A stretch of 64,000 nt of DNA from Deltaproteobacteria bacterium (GCA_021799495.1 JAJZAI010000011.1:10127-74126), one strand, 5' to 3'. Positions 37,381 through 46,774 are shown, counted from the stretch's first letter. Notes: generated by a model not told the origin, from the letters alone. Numbers and translations: made by a program.

Positions 37381-39807
37381 CTAATTCACGGCCATCGCCG
37401 GCCCGGTCGCCTCCGCTTGTTCATAACGCATGATGAACCGCGGGCGGCGCCACGCGATATAGGCTGGAAGTATCAGCACCCCGGCGATCATGTTCGTGCC
37501 CATCAGAAAAATCAGCAGCACGCTCATTTCGTTGTGAAACATCAGCGGCGAGAAGACCCACGGCACGATCCCGCCGATCATCACGGCGAAGGTGCTGAAG
37601 ACCGACGCGCCGGTATGCCTGAGCGCGGTCGTGATTGCGTTCTCGAGCGTCGCGCCGCCCATCACTTCGTCGCGGATTCGGGCGACGGTGTAGATTCCGT
37701 AATCGACGCCCAGGCCGATACCGAGCGAAATTACCGGTATAGTGTCGATCGTCAGTCCGATGCCGCGCGCATTCATATAAACGAACGCGCCGAAATTCGC
37801 CATCACGCACGAAACGATGAACAGCGTTCCCGCCGTCATCGATCTGAAAGTGAAGGCGCAGCAGAGGAAAATCACGAGCAGCACGAACGTCAGGTTGACG
37901 ATATCCAGGCGGTACAGGACGTCGTTGGCCGCCAAATACAGGCCCGCGAGGCCGCCGAAATAGCTGATCCTGACTTTGCTGATGGACGGATCGGTCGCGA
38001 CGCGCAGTGCGATGAATTTCTTGATGTCGTCGCGAACCCGGTTAAGCCGGTCATAAGTATGGTCCGGCAGCAGCACGCGGATGCACGAGTTGGTCATCTT
38101 GGGCGAGTAGGCGAAGAAGCGCTCAATTTCGCCGGGCGCGGTTCCGGCGAAAAACATGTACCAGAGGTTGCCGCCCAATTCGGTCTGCCCCGGTACGGCG
38201 TTATATTTCGGAAAGCCGTTGTGAAACATCATATTCAACGGCTTGATCGCGATGCTCGCGAACGAGACGACCGCGACCGCGTCGCCGCGGCTGACGAGAT
38301 ACGCGCCCATGTCGTCGGCCATGCGCATCACGGCCGGACCCAAGCTCGATTGCGGATCGGGATAGTCCGGCGTCGAGAGCACCACCCATCCTTCGTCGGT
38401 CGGGAAATATTTGCCGATTTCGCCAATATCCTTGTTGACCTTCGAGTCGGGCTTGTAGAGCGGCGTGCCCTCGGTCGCGTAGCCGATACGCGCGCGTTGC
38501 CCCGAGACGACGCCAAACACGATGAAGGCCGCGCCGCCCACCAGCAGCGCGGTGCGAATCGCGCCCGGCGTCACCGGCACATGCACGAGCCAATTGGTGA
38601 ACTTCGCGAAGACCGATTGGCGTTCGCTCCGTTCGAGTTTTACGAGCCAACTGCGTTCGCGGATGCGCGGGCGCGGAAGATAGCTCATGAAAATCGGCTG
38701 GAAGACGAAAACCATCGTCAGGCTTCCCGCAAGCCACATCGCGCCGCCGAAACCGATCTCCTTGAGGACGGGTATGCCGCCCAGCGAGATGAAAATGATG
38801 CCCGCGATGTCAGCCAGAATCGACAGCAACCCCGGCGGCAGCATCACGTCGGTCGTGGTGGCGCAGGCGAGCAGTTTGTCGTCGAGCCGATCGAGCTCGT
38901 CGTAATAGCGGCCCTGCCACTGGATGCCGTGGCTCAAATCTCGCGCGGTCAAAATGAACGGGATGACCAGCATCACGGGGTCGAAGTTGTAACGCATCAG
39001 GCTGACGAACCCGAGGCCCCAGATGGCCGAGAACGATCCGGTCAGAATCGGCGCCCACCAACTGCTGCGCTCGCCGATGCTCAGGTAAAGAATCAGGAGC
39101 ATCAGCGCGATCGCGGCGACGAAGATTACCTTGATCTCGGTCAGGTAGTAGTAGCCCCATCCGGAAATGACCGGCTGGCCGGCCGTATAGATGGCCGTGT
39201 TGGAATCCTGGTATTTCCGGACCAGCGCCTGAATCGCGTCGAAAAGCGCTTTGTAGTCGAGGCCGTTTTCGTTGAAAGTCGCGGTGATCAGCGCACCTTT
39301 ATTGTCGTAGGTGATGAGGCCCGCGACCGGCTCGCGATGCGTCATCACGTTGTGCCGCAGTTCGTCGAGCCCCTTCTGGGTCGTCGGCACGTTCGGATAC
39401 ATGTAGCAGGTGGCGATCAGGGCGCCCGGCACGGCATGAGTGAAGGCGACGCGGTACGACGCGAGCGAAAAAATTTCGTTGTGGTCCACGCCCGGAAGCG
39501 TGTTGGCCTCGCGCGTGATGTCCTGGATTTTCTTGAGCGTCGCGTAATTGAAGATATCCCCATGCTTTACGCGCAGCATCAGGTAGAGCGACTGCGCGCC
39601 GCCGTACTGGTTCTGGAATTTGCGATAGAGGAGAGTGTCCTCGTGATCGGCCGGAAAGAAGTTTTCGAAGCGCGTGGCGATTTTTACGTTGGCCGCCCAA
39701 TAGCCCATGAAGATCGTGATCGCGATCAAAAGCAGGCCGATTGGCGCGCGAAACTGCAGGATATACCTGCCCAGCCCCCAAGGCTCCTGGGTTCTCGACG
39801 TGGCCAT
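37381..39807 (-). CDS. MMPL/RND-superfamily exporter
   Basis: 808 aa with two blocks of about 6 TM helices, each preceded by a large soluble loop. GGAG lies 12 nt upstream of the ATG. The antisense 846-aa track ORF is Arg/His/Asp-rich junk. Confidence 0.85.
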   Translation of the reverse strand: MATSRTQEPWGLGRYILQFRAPIGLLLIAITIFMGYWAANVKIATRFENFFPADHEDTLLYRKFQNQYGGAQSLYLMLRVKHGDIFNYATLKKIQDITREANTLPGVDHNEIFSLASYRVAFTHAVPGALIATCYMYPNVPTTQKGLDELRHNVMTHREPVAGLITYDNKGALITATFNENGLDYKALFDAIQALVRKYQDSNTAIYTAGQPVISGWGYYYLTEIKVIFVAAIALMLLILYLSIGERSSWWAPILTGSFSAIWGLGFVSLMRYNFDPVMLVIPFILTARDLSHGIQWQGRYYDELDRLDDKLLACATTTDVMLPPGLLSILADIAGIIFISLGGIPVLKEIGFGGAMWLAGSLTMVFVFQPIFMSYLPRPRIRERSWLVKLERSERQSVFAKFTNWLVHVPVTPGAIRTALLVGGAAFIVFGVVSGQRARIGYATEGTPLYKPDSKVNKDIGEIGKYFPTDEGWVVLSTPDYPDPQSSLGPAVMRMADDMGAYLVSRGDAVAVVSFASIAIKPLNMMFHNGFPKYNAVPGQTELGGNLWYMFFAGTAPGEIERFFAYSPKMTNSCIRVLLPDHTYDRLNRVRDDIKKFIALRVATDPSISKVRISYFGGLAGLYLAANDVLYRLDIVNLTFVLLVIFLCCAFTFRSMTAGTLFIVSCVMANFGAFVYMNARGIGLTIDTIPVISLGIGLGVDYGIYTVARIRDEVMGGATLENAITTALRHTGASVFSTFAVMIGGIVPWVFSPLMFHNEMSVLLIFLMGTNMIAGVLILPAYIAWRRPRFIMRYEQAEATGPAMAVN

Positions 39808-40201
39808 TAATCTTTTACTCCGCTTATTCCCGGGTGTAGGGCGGGCGCAAGCTCTCCCCCGATTGCCCCAATCGCCCTGCCCCCACCGGGAGCAGACTGC
39901 CTAACATCCCCGGCTCACCTTAGCAAGACTCAGCGTGCAAATCATGGTCTGTTTTGTGCCGCCCGCCGGAGTTCTGCATCCGCCTGGGAAAGCGCCGATG
40001 GCGTCCTCGAAGCGCTAAACGAACCTTTCGCTTTGCGTTTTAGCTTCGCATGGCCTAACTAACGGTCGAAGCGCGATCGCGCGGATGACGGGCAAGCGGG
40101 GCGAAACGCGCGATCGATCGAATTCCGTCTGGTTCTCCGCCACGCGATCCGTGCGGCGGACAAGCCCGATTGCCCAGCTTCCAAGTTTGAAAGGGTCAGT
40201 G

Positions 40202-41533
40202 ATGCTGTTGAAACGCTGCCTGTTCGCGATGTTGTCTGTCGTGGCGTGTCTGAACTCTCTGCCCGCCGCCGCGCAAAACGCCGCCAGCGGGACGGCATCG
40301 CGGCCGCCGGCCGCCAACGACTCGCCGCCGGCCGGAACGACCATCACGATGCAAAACTGGCGGCAATTCCAGCAATTCATGCCCGACGGGATGATTACGC
40401 TCTTTGAAGGTCAATATTTCTGGAAGATGCCGGACGACGTCGCGATGGAGATCGGTCCCACCGCAATCAATCCGCTGCCGAAAACCTATCTGGACGCGAC
40501 CGAAAAATATGCCGGCCAGACAAGGATCGAAACTCTGCCGGACGGCGGTCTGACGGTGAGCGGCTATCAGGGCGGAATTCCCTTTCCGACGCCTGCGGCG
40601 CCGCACAAAGGATGGAAAATTCTGGCCGATTTCTGGTACCGCTACATGCCTCATCTGGTCGTCAATACGCCCAACAATCTTGGCTTCTTTTGCACGCTCG
40701 ATTCATATCGGAACGTGAGCTGCACGAAAGGCCTGTGGGTTTACCGGCAACTGTCGTACAACACCGATCCGGGGACGCCGGCGACGGTTCCCGGCGGCGA
40801 AGGGAAGTTCTATACGACCTGGTTCATGGTCGAGGAGCCGGAGCAGGCGAAATATACCGCAACGCTCACGATCGGATACGCGGACCTTGCAAAGCCCGAG
40901 GAGATTTACACGTTCACGCCCGCGTTGCGCCGCGCGATGCCGCTCTCGACGGCCGCGCGCTGCGCGTCGTCCGGTTCGGACACCACTCCTGACGATGCGC
41001 GGTTCGGCTTCGACGGCAATATTCCGGAATTTTCCGCGCACCTGCTGGGCGAGAAGAAAATCCTCGCGCAGATGAACGTGGGCTCGGCCGGCGCGAATTT
41101 TCCGCAGGATTACGACATGCCGCTGGGATGGTCGAAGGCGTCGTGGGGCAAATGGGAATTGCGCGGCGTTTACGTGCTGGACGTGCGCAAAATTCCCGCT
41201 TTGGCCAGTGGTTATTGCTACGGCAAGCGTATCATGTACCTGGACAAACAGTTTCTGGGCGCGTTGTGGGAGGATCTCTACGATTCGAAGATGCAGCTCT
41301 GGAAGGTCGCGCTGCTGCAGCCGATCGTAATCACAGTGCCGCGGCTCGGCCCGCAGAATTCCTCCGGCGCGCAATTCTCGCATTACTGGGATTTGCAAAA
41401 CCATCACGCCACCTTCAGCGGGCCCAACGACGGCCACGGCTACAACATCCTGATCAACGAGGAAGCTCCCAGCGAATACGGCGATATCGAGAAGTACACC
41501 ACGCCGGGCGGCCTCAACCAGGTCATGCGTTAG
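40202..41533 (+). CDS. DUF1329 domain-containing secreted protein
   Basis: 443 aa from the ATG at 40202. Signal peptide MLLKRCLFAMLSVVACLNSLPAAAQ, then TMQNWRQFQQFMPDGM...GGIPFPTP typical of DUF1329. Divergent from the exporter. Confidence 0.8.
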   Translation: MLLKRCLFAMLSVVACLNSLPAAAQNAASGTASRPPAANDSPPAGTTITMQNWRQFQQFMPDGMITLFEGQYFWKMPDDVAMEIGPTAINPLPKTYLDATEKYAGQTRIETLPDGGLTVSGYQGGIPFPTPAAPHKGWKILADFWYRYMPHLVVNTPNNLGFFCTLDSYRNVSCTKGLWVYRQLSYNTDPGTPATVPGGEGKFYTTWFMVEEPEQAKYTATLTIGYADLAKPEEIYTFTPALRRAMPLSTAARCASSGSDTTPDDARFGFDGNIPEFSAHLLGEKKILAQMNVGSAGANFPQDYDMPLGWSKASWGKWELRGVYVLDVRKIPALASGYCYGKRIMYLDKQFLGALWEDLYDSKMQLWKVALLQPIVITVPRLGPQNSSGAQFSHYWDLQNHHATFSGPNDGHGYNILINEEAPSEYGDIEKYTTPGGLNQVMR

Positions 41534-41710
41534 GGTCGGCGGCGCCCGGCGCGCGGCGATCGCCGGAGGCGCGCGCCCGCTCCGCGGGATTCAAAATAAC
41601 GGTTTGATTGCTGGACGAATTTAGCGATAATCCCTGCGGCCGATGGTGGTTTGCGAAGCGTAAAACAGACGGAGCGCCAGCGTTTCGCGGCGCAGCCGGA
41701 GGAATCTGGA

Positions 41711-42625
41711 ATGAGCGACCGAATTATTCTATGTGACGTGGCCCCGCGCGACGGCATCCAGAATGAAAAAGTGATGCTGTCGTCGGAGCGGAAACTGGAA
41801 TTGATCCGCCGCCTCGCCGAATCCGGATTGCGTTGGATCGAAGTCGCCTCTTTCGCGAGTCCCAAATGGGTGCCGCAGATGGCCGACGCCGAAGTGGTGC
41901 TGCGCGCGGCGCTCGAGATTCCGGAAATCCGGCCGATCGTGCTGGTGCTGAACGACCGCGGCTACGATCGCGCGGTGAAGGCCGGCGCCCGGTACGCGCG
42001 GCTGGTCGTCGCCTCGACCGATACGATGAACCAGAAGAACGCCAATGCGCTGCCCGAGGAGACGATGGCCTCTTACCAGCCGATTTTCGCGCGTGCGGCG
42101 CGCGACGGCGTGGAATTGACCGGAACGATCGCGACCTCCTTCGGATGTCCGTTCGAGGGCGCGGTCGATCCGGACCGGGTGCTCAAGCTGGCGGAGCGCT
42201 TCGTCGCGGCGGGAGCGGCCGAGGTGGATTTCGCGGATACGGTCGGGATGGCGGTGCCGCCGCAGATTGAACGGATGCTGATGCGGGCGCGCGAGCGGTT
42301 TCCTCACGTGCGAATCGGAATCCACGTTCACAATACCCGCAACACCGGCCTCGCCAACGCTTACGCCGCCGTCTGCGCCGGCGCCGACGTGCTCGACGCA
42401 TCGACCGGCGGCGCAGGGGGATGCCCCTTCGCGCCGAAAGCGACCGGCAATATCCCGATGGACGATCTGGTCTTCATGCTCGAAGGCATGGGCGTCGATA
42501 CCGGCGTCAATCTCGCGAAACTGGTCGAAACTTCGCGCTGGTTCGAGACCATTCTGGAGCATCCATTGCCCGCGATGCTGCCGAAGGCGGGACCGTGCTG
42601 GACGTCGCCGCCGCCGCTCGCGTGA
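41711..42625 (+). CDS. hydroxymethylglutaryl-CoA lyase
   Basis: 304 aa from the ATG at 41711. DVAPRDGIQNE and HVHNTRNTGLAN motifs of the HMGL family. Confidence 0.88.
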   Translation: MSDRIILCDVAPRDGIQNEKVMLSSERKLELIRRLAESGLRWIEVASFASPKWVPQMADAEVVLRAALEIPEIRPIVLVLNDRGYDRAVKAGARYARLVVASTDTMNQKNANALPEETMASYQPIFARAARDGVELTGTIATSFGCPFEGAVDPDRVLKLAERFVAAGAAEVDFADTVGMAVPPQIERMLMRARERFPHVRIGIHVHNTRNTGLANAYAAVCAGADVLDASTGGAGGCPFAPKATGNIPMDDLVFMLEGMGVDTGVNLAKLVETSRWFETILEHPLPAMLPKAGPCWTSPPPLA

Positions 42626-42765
42626 AGCCGCGCGACGGTAAACGGCGCGACCGGGAATTTTCGCTTTATCGCGGAATCCAAAGCCCGCCGGCCAAGCGTC
42701 CGCCGCCAGCGAATTCGCCGGATTTGTAGCCATGCCGGGCCGGTTCGGCCCTTACGGATAATTCC

Positions 42766-43551
42766 ATGGAAGCTTTGCGATTTGAATGGGACGGCGCCGC
42801 ATCAAGCCCGGCGCTGCTGACGCTCAATCGTCCGGACGCGTTGAATGCGATGAACACCCGGATGATCGAGGAACTGCTCAAGCTGTTTCGCGAGCAGGCG
42901 TACAACGACTTGCTGCGATGCCTGGTGATGACGGGCGCGGGCGGTCGCGCGTTTTCGACCGGCGGCGATCTGAAAGAACGCAACGGCATGAGCAACGAGC
43001 AGTGGCGCCATCAGCATCATTTGATCGAGGACATGTTCGACGCGCTCTGGAATTTTCCCGTTCCGACGATCGCCGCGGTCGAAGGTTTTGCATTTGCCGG
43101 CGGATGCGAATTGGCGCTGGGCGCGGATTTCATTATCGCTTCGGCGAGCGCGAAATTCGCGGTCAAGGAAATCACCCGCGGCATCATGCCGGGCGGCGGG
43201 GGAATCCATCGTCTGGCCCGCGCGATCGGCGTGCAGCGCGCGAGCGAGATGATCTACACCGGGCGCGAGCTCGGCGCGGAGCAGGCTTGCGCATGGGGAA
43301 TGGTCAACCGGGTGACGCCGGCGGGCAAGGCGCTTGAAGCCGCCGTCGAAGTCGCGAAGGAAGTAGCCGCCAGCGCGCCGCTCGCGGTGCGCGCGGCCAA
43401 GTCCGCCCTTATTCGCGGCGCCGACTGCGATGCGCGCTCGGCCTATGCGCTCGATATCGCGGCTTACAATACGGTGATCGGCAGCGAAGACCGGCTCGAA
43501 GGAATCGCGGCGTTCAACGAAAAGCGCAAGCCGGTCTGGAAAAACCGGTGA
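42766..43551 (+). CDS. enoyl-CoA hydratase/isomerase (crotonase) family protein
   Basis: 261 aa with LNRPDALNAM, GGDLKE and FAFAGGCELALGADF oxyanion-hole motifs. Confidence 0.9.
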   Translation: MEALRFEWDGAASSPALLTLNRPDALNAMNTRMIEELLKLFREQAYNDLLRCLVMTGAGGRAFSTGGDLKERNGMSNEQWRHQHHLIEDMFDALWNFPVPTIAAVEGFAFAGGCELALGADFIIASASAKFAVKEITRGIMPGGGGIHRLARAIGVQRASEMIYTGRELGAEQACAWGMVNRVTPAGKALEAAVEVAKEVAASAPLAVRAAKSALIRGADCDARSAYALDIAAYNTVIGSEDRLEGIAAFNEKRKPVWKNR

Positions 43552-43667
43552 CGAGATCGCCAAAACCACCGATATCGAACCGCGCGGGATTGCGGCACAA
43601 TCGAAGCGCGGGATGAAATCGGCGCCGCGTGCGCTTCGATCGGCGGCGCGGCTTATGGAGACATTCA

Positions 43668-44828
43668 ATGGATTTCAATCTGTCTGAGAGCCAAAAGGAA
43701 ATCCGCGACGCCGTGGCGAACCTGTGCGCGCGTTTCGGCAACGAATACTGGCGCGCCTGCGACGAGAAAAACGCCTATCCCGACGAATTCGTCAAGACGC
43801 TCAGCGAAGCGGGATGGCTCGCCGCGCTGATTCCGCAGGAATACGGCGGCGCCGGACTCGGAATGGTCGAGGCGTCGCTGATTCTCGAGGAAATCAATCG
43901 CAGCGGCGGCAACGCGGTCGCCTGCCATGCGCAGATGTACACGATGGCCTCGATTCTCAAGCATGGCAGCGCGGAACAGAAAGGCCGCTATCTGCCGCGC
44001 ATCGCGTCCGGCGAACTCCGGCTGCAATCATTCGGAATCACCGAGCCCGACGCCGGCTCGGAAACCCCGCGCATCAAGACCTTCGCGCGCCGCGAGGGCG
44101 ATCATTACGTCGTCAACGGCCAGAAAATCTTCACCTCTCGATTCCAGCATTCCGACATGCTGCTGCTGCTCACGCGCACCACGCCGTTCGACGAGGTCAA
44201 GAAAAAGACCGACGGGATGAGCCTTTTTCTGATCAATCTCAAGGAGGTGGGCGACGCGATCAAGGCGGTGCCGATTCCGACGATGGTAAATCACGGCACC
44301 AATCAGCTTTTCATCGACAATCTCGTCCTGCCGCGCGATGCGTTGATCGGCGAGGAAGGAAAAGGATTTTCGTACGTGCTGAGCTCGATGAACGCGGAGC
44401 GGATCCTGGTCGGCAGCGAGTCGGTCGGCGACGGCCGCTGGTTCGTCGAGTACGCGGTCAAGTACGCCAACGAACGGCGCGTCTTCAACCGGCCGATCGG
44501 GATGAATCAGGGCGTGCAGTTCCCGATCGCCAAGGCTCACGTCGCGGTGGAGGCCGCCAATCTGATGCGGCTCAAGGCGGCGGCGCTGTTCGACGCCGGA
44601 TTGCCGTGCGGCGCGGAAGCGAACATGACCAAATACATGGCGTCGGAGGCGGCCTGGGAGGCGGGCGAAGCGGCGATGAACGCGCTCGGCGGCTACGGCT
44701 TCACCAAGGAATATCACGTCGAGCGCAAATGGCGGGAGGCGCGGCTCTACCGCACCGCGCCGATTGCGAACAATCTCGTGCTGAGCTTCGTCGGCGAGCA
44801 TCTGCTGGGCATGCCGCGGTCGTATTGA
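43668..44828 (+). CDS. acyl-CoA dehydrogenase
   Basis: 386 aa from the ATG at 43668, with GITEPDAGSE, VVNGQKIFTS and GGYGFTKEYHVERKWREARL. Confidence 0.9.
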   Translation: MDFNLSESQKEIRDAVANLCARFGNEYWRACDEKNAYPDEFVKTLSEAGWLAALIPQEYGGAGLGMVEASLILEEINRSGGNAVACHAQMYTMASILKHGSAEQKGRYLPRIASGELRLQSFGITEPDAGSETPRIKTFARREGDHYVVNGQKIFTSRFQHSDMLLLLTRTTPFDEVKKKTDGMSLFLINLKEVGDAIKAVPIPTMVNHGTNQLFIDNLVLPRDALIGEEGKGFSYVLSSMNAERILVGSESVGDGRWFVEYAVKYANERRVFNRPIGMNQGVQFPIAKAHVAVEAANLMRLKAAALFDAGLPCGAEANMTKYMASEAAWEAGEAAMNALGGYGFTKEYHVERKWREARLYRTAPIANNLVLSFVGEHLLGMPRSY

Positions 44829-44928
44829 AACGGCGCGTGATCGCTAACGCTTCGGCCTTGTAATCGGGTATGGTCCGGCGAGGCTGTCTGGAGCCGCCGG
44901 CGATCGAGCGGCGCGGAGGGCGCGAACC

Positions 44929-45822
44929 ATGGTGCAAGTCACCGAACTCGGATACGCGGGCTTTGGCGTAAAACGGCTCGACGAATGGAAGGACTACGCC
45001 ACGCGGATTTTGGGGATGGAAGCCGCTGATGATGGCGAGACCGATCGATGCCACCTGCGCATGGATTACTGGCATCATCGGATTGTCCTTCATCAGGACG
45101 CCAGCGACGACCTGATGTACTTGGGCTTGCGCGTCGCCGGTCCGCAGGAATTCGAGGCGATGAAGGGTCAGCTCGCGGAGGCCGGGATCAAGTTTCGCGA
45201 GGGCGCCGCGGACGAGGCGGCGGAACGGCGCGTGCTCGAAATTCTGAAGCTCGAAGATCCGGGCGGAAATCCGCTCGAGATTTTTCACGGCCCATACGTC
45301 CAATTCAGCAAACCGTTCCATCCCGGACGCCGGATGCACGGCCGCTTCCGCACCGGGACCGGCGGCCTGGGACATTGCATCATCCGCCAGTCCGATCCGG
45401 CCGCGGCCTGCCGCTTTTATACCCAGCTCGGGATGCGCGGCGGGGTCGAATACAAGATCCGGATGGGCCAGCGGACGCTCGAACCGATCTTCATGCATTG
45501 CAACGACCGCGACCATACGGTCGCCTTCGGCGTCGGCGGCCAGGATCGCCGGATCAATCACGTGATGCTCGAGGTCGATAACCTCGACGATGTCGGGATG
45601 ACCTACGATTTGGTTCGGGCAAGCGGAATTCCGGTCACGATCGCGCCCGGAAAACACTCCAACGACCACATGTTTTCGTTCTATTTCCGCAATCCGTCGG
45701 GATGGATTTTCGAGTACGGATGGGGCGCCCGCGCCGCGACCCATCAGTCGGAATATTATACCGAAGACGTTTACGGCCATCAGATGGAAGCCGGCGGTTT
45801 CGATATGCCGAAAGACAAATAG
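44929..45822 (+). CDS. type I extradiol ring-cleavage dioxygenase (VOC fold; BphC/HsaC-like)
   Basis: 297 aa with two VOC modules (LGYAGFGVKRLDEW... and GLGHCIIRQ...INHVMLEV). Confidence 0.8.
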   Translation: MVQVTELGYAGFGVKRLDEWKDYATRILGMEAADDGETDRCHLRMDYWHHRIVLHQDASDDLMYLGLRVAGPQEFEAMKGQLAEAGIKFREGAADEAAERRVLEILKLEDPGGNPLEIFHGPYVQFSKPFHPGRRMHGRFRTGTGGLGHCIIRQSDPAAACRFYTQLGMRGGVEYKIRMGQRTLEPIFMHCNDRDHTVAFGVGGQDRRINHVMLEVDNLDDVGMTYDLVRASGIPVTIAPGKHSNDHMFSFYFRNPSGWIFEYGWGARAATHQSEYYTEDVYGHQMEAGGFDMPKDK

Positions 45823-46069
45823 CCGCCGCTCGGACTGAGGCGGCGTCGATGACGGGTTTGATCGCGATCGCCAAAAAAATGCCGCTGTAATTCTGACAGC
45901 GACAATCTTCGATACCTCAATTTTCCAACCGCGCGTCCGACCGGGCGGGCGGTTCCACCAGTCAAGTTCCGCCGAGCTTGGCTATTCCGGTCATCTTGAT
46001 TGTCTGGCGATGCCGCCGCTGCCGATCGGCGCGGCCGGAAGCGGATTTCCCGCGCGAAAAACGGATGGC

Positions 46070-46654
46070 ATGGCGTTTGGATATTCCAGTCAAACGCGCA
46101 TGGACATCGCCGCTTTGAATTTCGCCGAAGAGGCCCGGGAACCACACGGGCCGAACGATCTCGAATGGCGTCTGCTGTGGACCAAGGCGGGCGAGGAGCG
46201 CGCCGTGCGCGACCGTCTTGCGCTGGCCGCCGTGGAAGTGGTCTTGCCGATGCTCAAAGTGCGGGTGCGGCGCTGGGGCCGGATGGTTGAATCGACCGCG
46301 CCGCTTTTTCCCTGTTACCTGTTCGTGCGCATGAGCCTCGGCCGCGATCTGGCGTGCGTGCGCTACGCCCGCGGCGTGCGCGATCTCGTGCGCTTCGGCG
46401 CCGAGCCCGCGCTGGCGCCGGATTCGATGGTCGCGGAGCTTAAGCGCCGCTGCGCCGGCGGCCCGCTCGAGTTGCCGCGGCGCATGCTTCACGCCGGCGA
46501 ACGCGTGCGCGTGATCGAAGGGCCGCTCCTGGGATTGGAAGGCGTTTTCGACCGTTATCTGTCCGGCGCCGAACGCGTGGGCCTGTTGATGTCGGCGATC
46601 GGCGCCGCGACGCGGGTCGTGATGCCGGCGAAGATGGTCGCGGCGGCGGGCTGA
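46070..46654 (+). CDS. RfaH-like NusG-paralog transcription antiterminator
   Basis: NGN and KOW domains. WRLLWTKAGEE, PLFPCYLFV, ARGVRDLVRFGAEPALAPDSMV and GERVRVIEGPLLGLEGVF parallel E. coli RfaH (WYLLYCKRGQ, PLFPNYLFV, TRGVSHFVRFGASPAIVPSAVI, GDKVIITEGAFEGFQAIF). The start is uncertain (ATGs at 46010, 46070 and 46100). Confidence 0.8.
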   Translation: MAFGYSSQTRMDIAALNFAEEAREPHGPNDLEWRLLWTKAGEERAVRDRLALAAVEVVLPMLKVRVRRWGRMVESTAPLFPCYLFVRMSLGRDLACVRYARGVRDLVRFGAEPALAPDSMVAELKRRCAGGPLELPRRMLHAGERVRVIEGPLLGLEGVFDRYLSGAERVGLLMSAIGAATRVVMPAKMVAAAG

Positions 46655-46676
46655 AGCGCCGGCGCCGGGCGCGCGC

Positions 46677-46702
46677 CTTTCGGCCGCTTTGCGGCGCGAA
46701 AG
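46677..46702 (+). promoter_or_regulatory. GC-rich hairpin between the rfaH-like gene and the ops-like site
   Basis: CTTTCGGCCGC-TTT-GCGGC(G)CGAAAG forms an 11-bp stem with one bulge and has no following T-tract. Confidence 0.35.
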
Positions 46703-46762
46703 CCGCCGCCGTTCAGAAATGCGTTTTTATCGATCGCGCGCGCCGCAAGCCGCAGTGGGAAC

Positions 46763-46774
46763 GGCGGTAGCCTG
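46763..46774 (+). promoter_or_regulatory. ops-like element GGCGGTAGCCTG
   Basis: Matches every specified position of the enterobacterial ops consensus GGCGGTAGnnTG. It is on the non-template strand, 108 nt after the rfaH-like stop and 24 nt before the first ATG of the polysaccharide operon. Confidence 0.5.

Noticed and set aside
37270-39810. 846-aa plus-strand ORF opposite the MMPL/RND exporter
   Set aside because: Its product is Arg/His/Asp-rich without TM segments or motifs. The minus-strand product has two clean 6-TM bundles and a GGAG ribosome-binding site.
40015-40380. 121-aa minus-strand ORF at the 5' end of the DUF1329 gene
   Set aside because: It overlaps the DUF1329 signal-peptide region in antisense. 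It has no motif and no ribosome-binding site, and the intergenic part is better explained as divergent promoter space.
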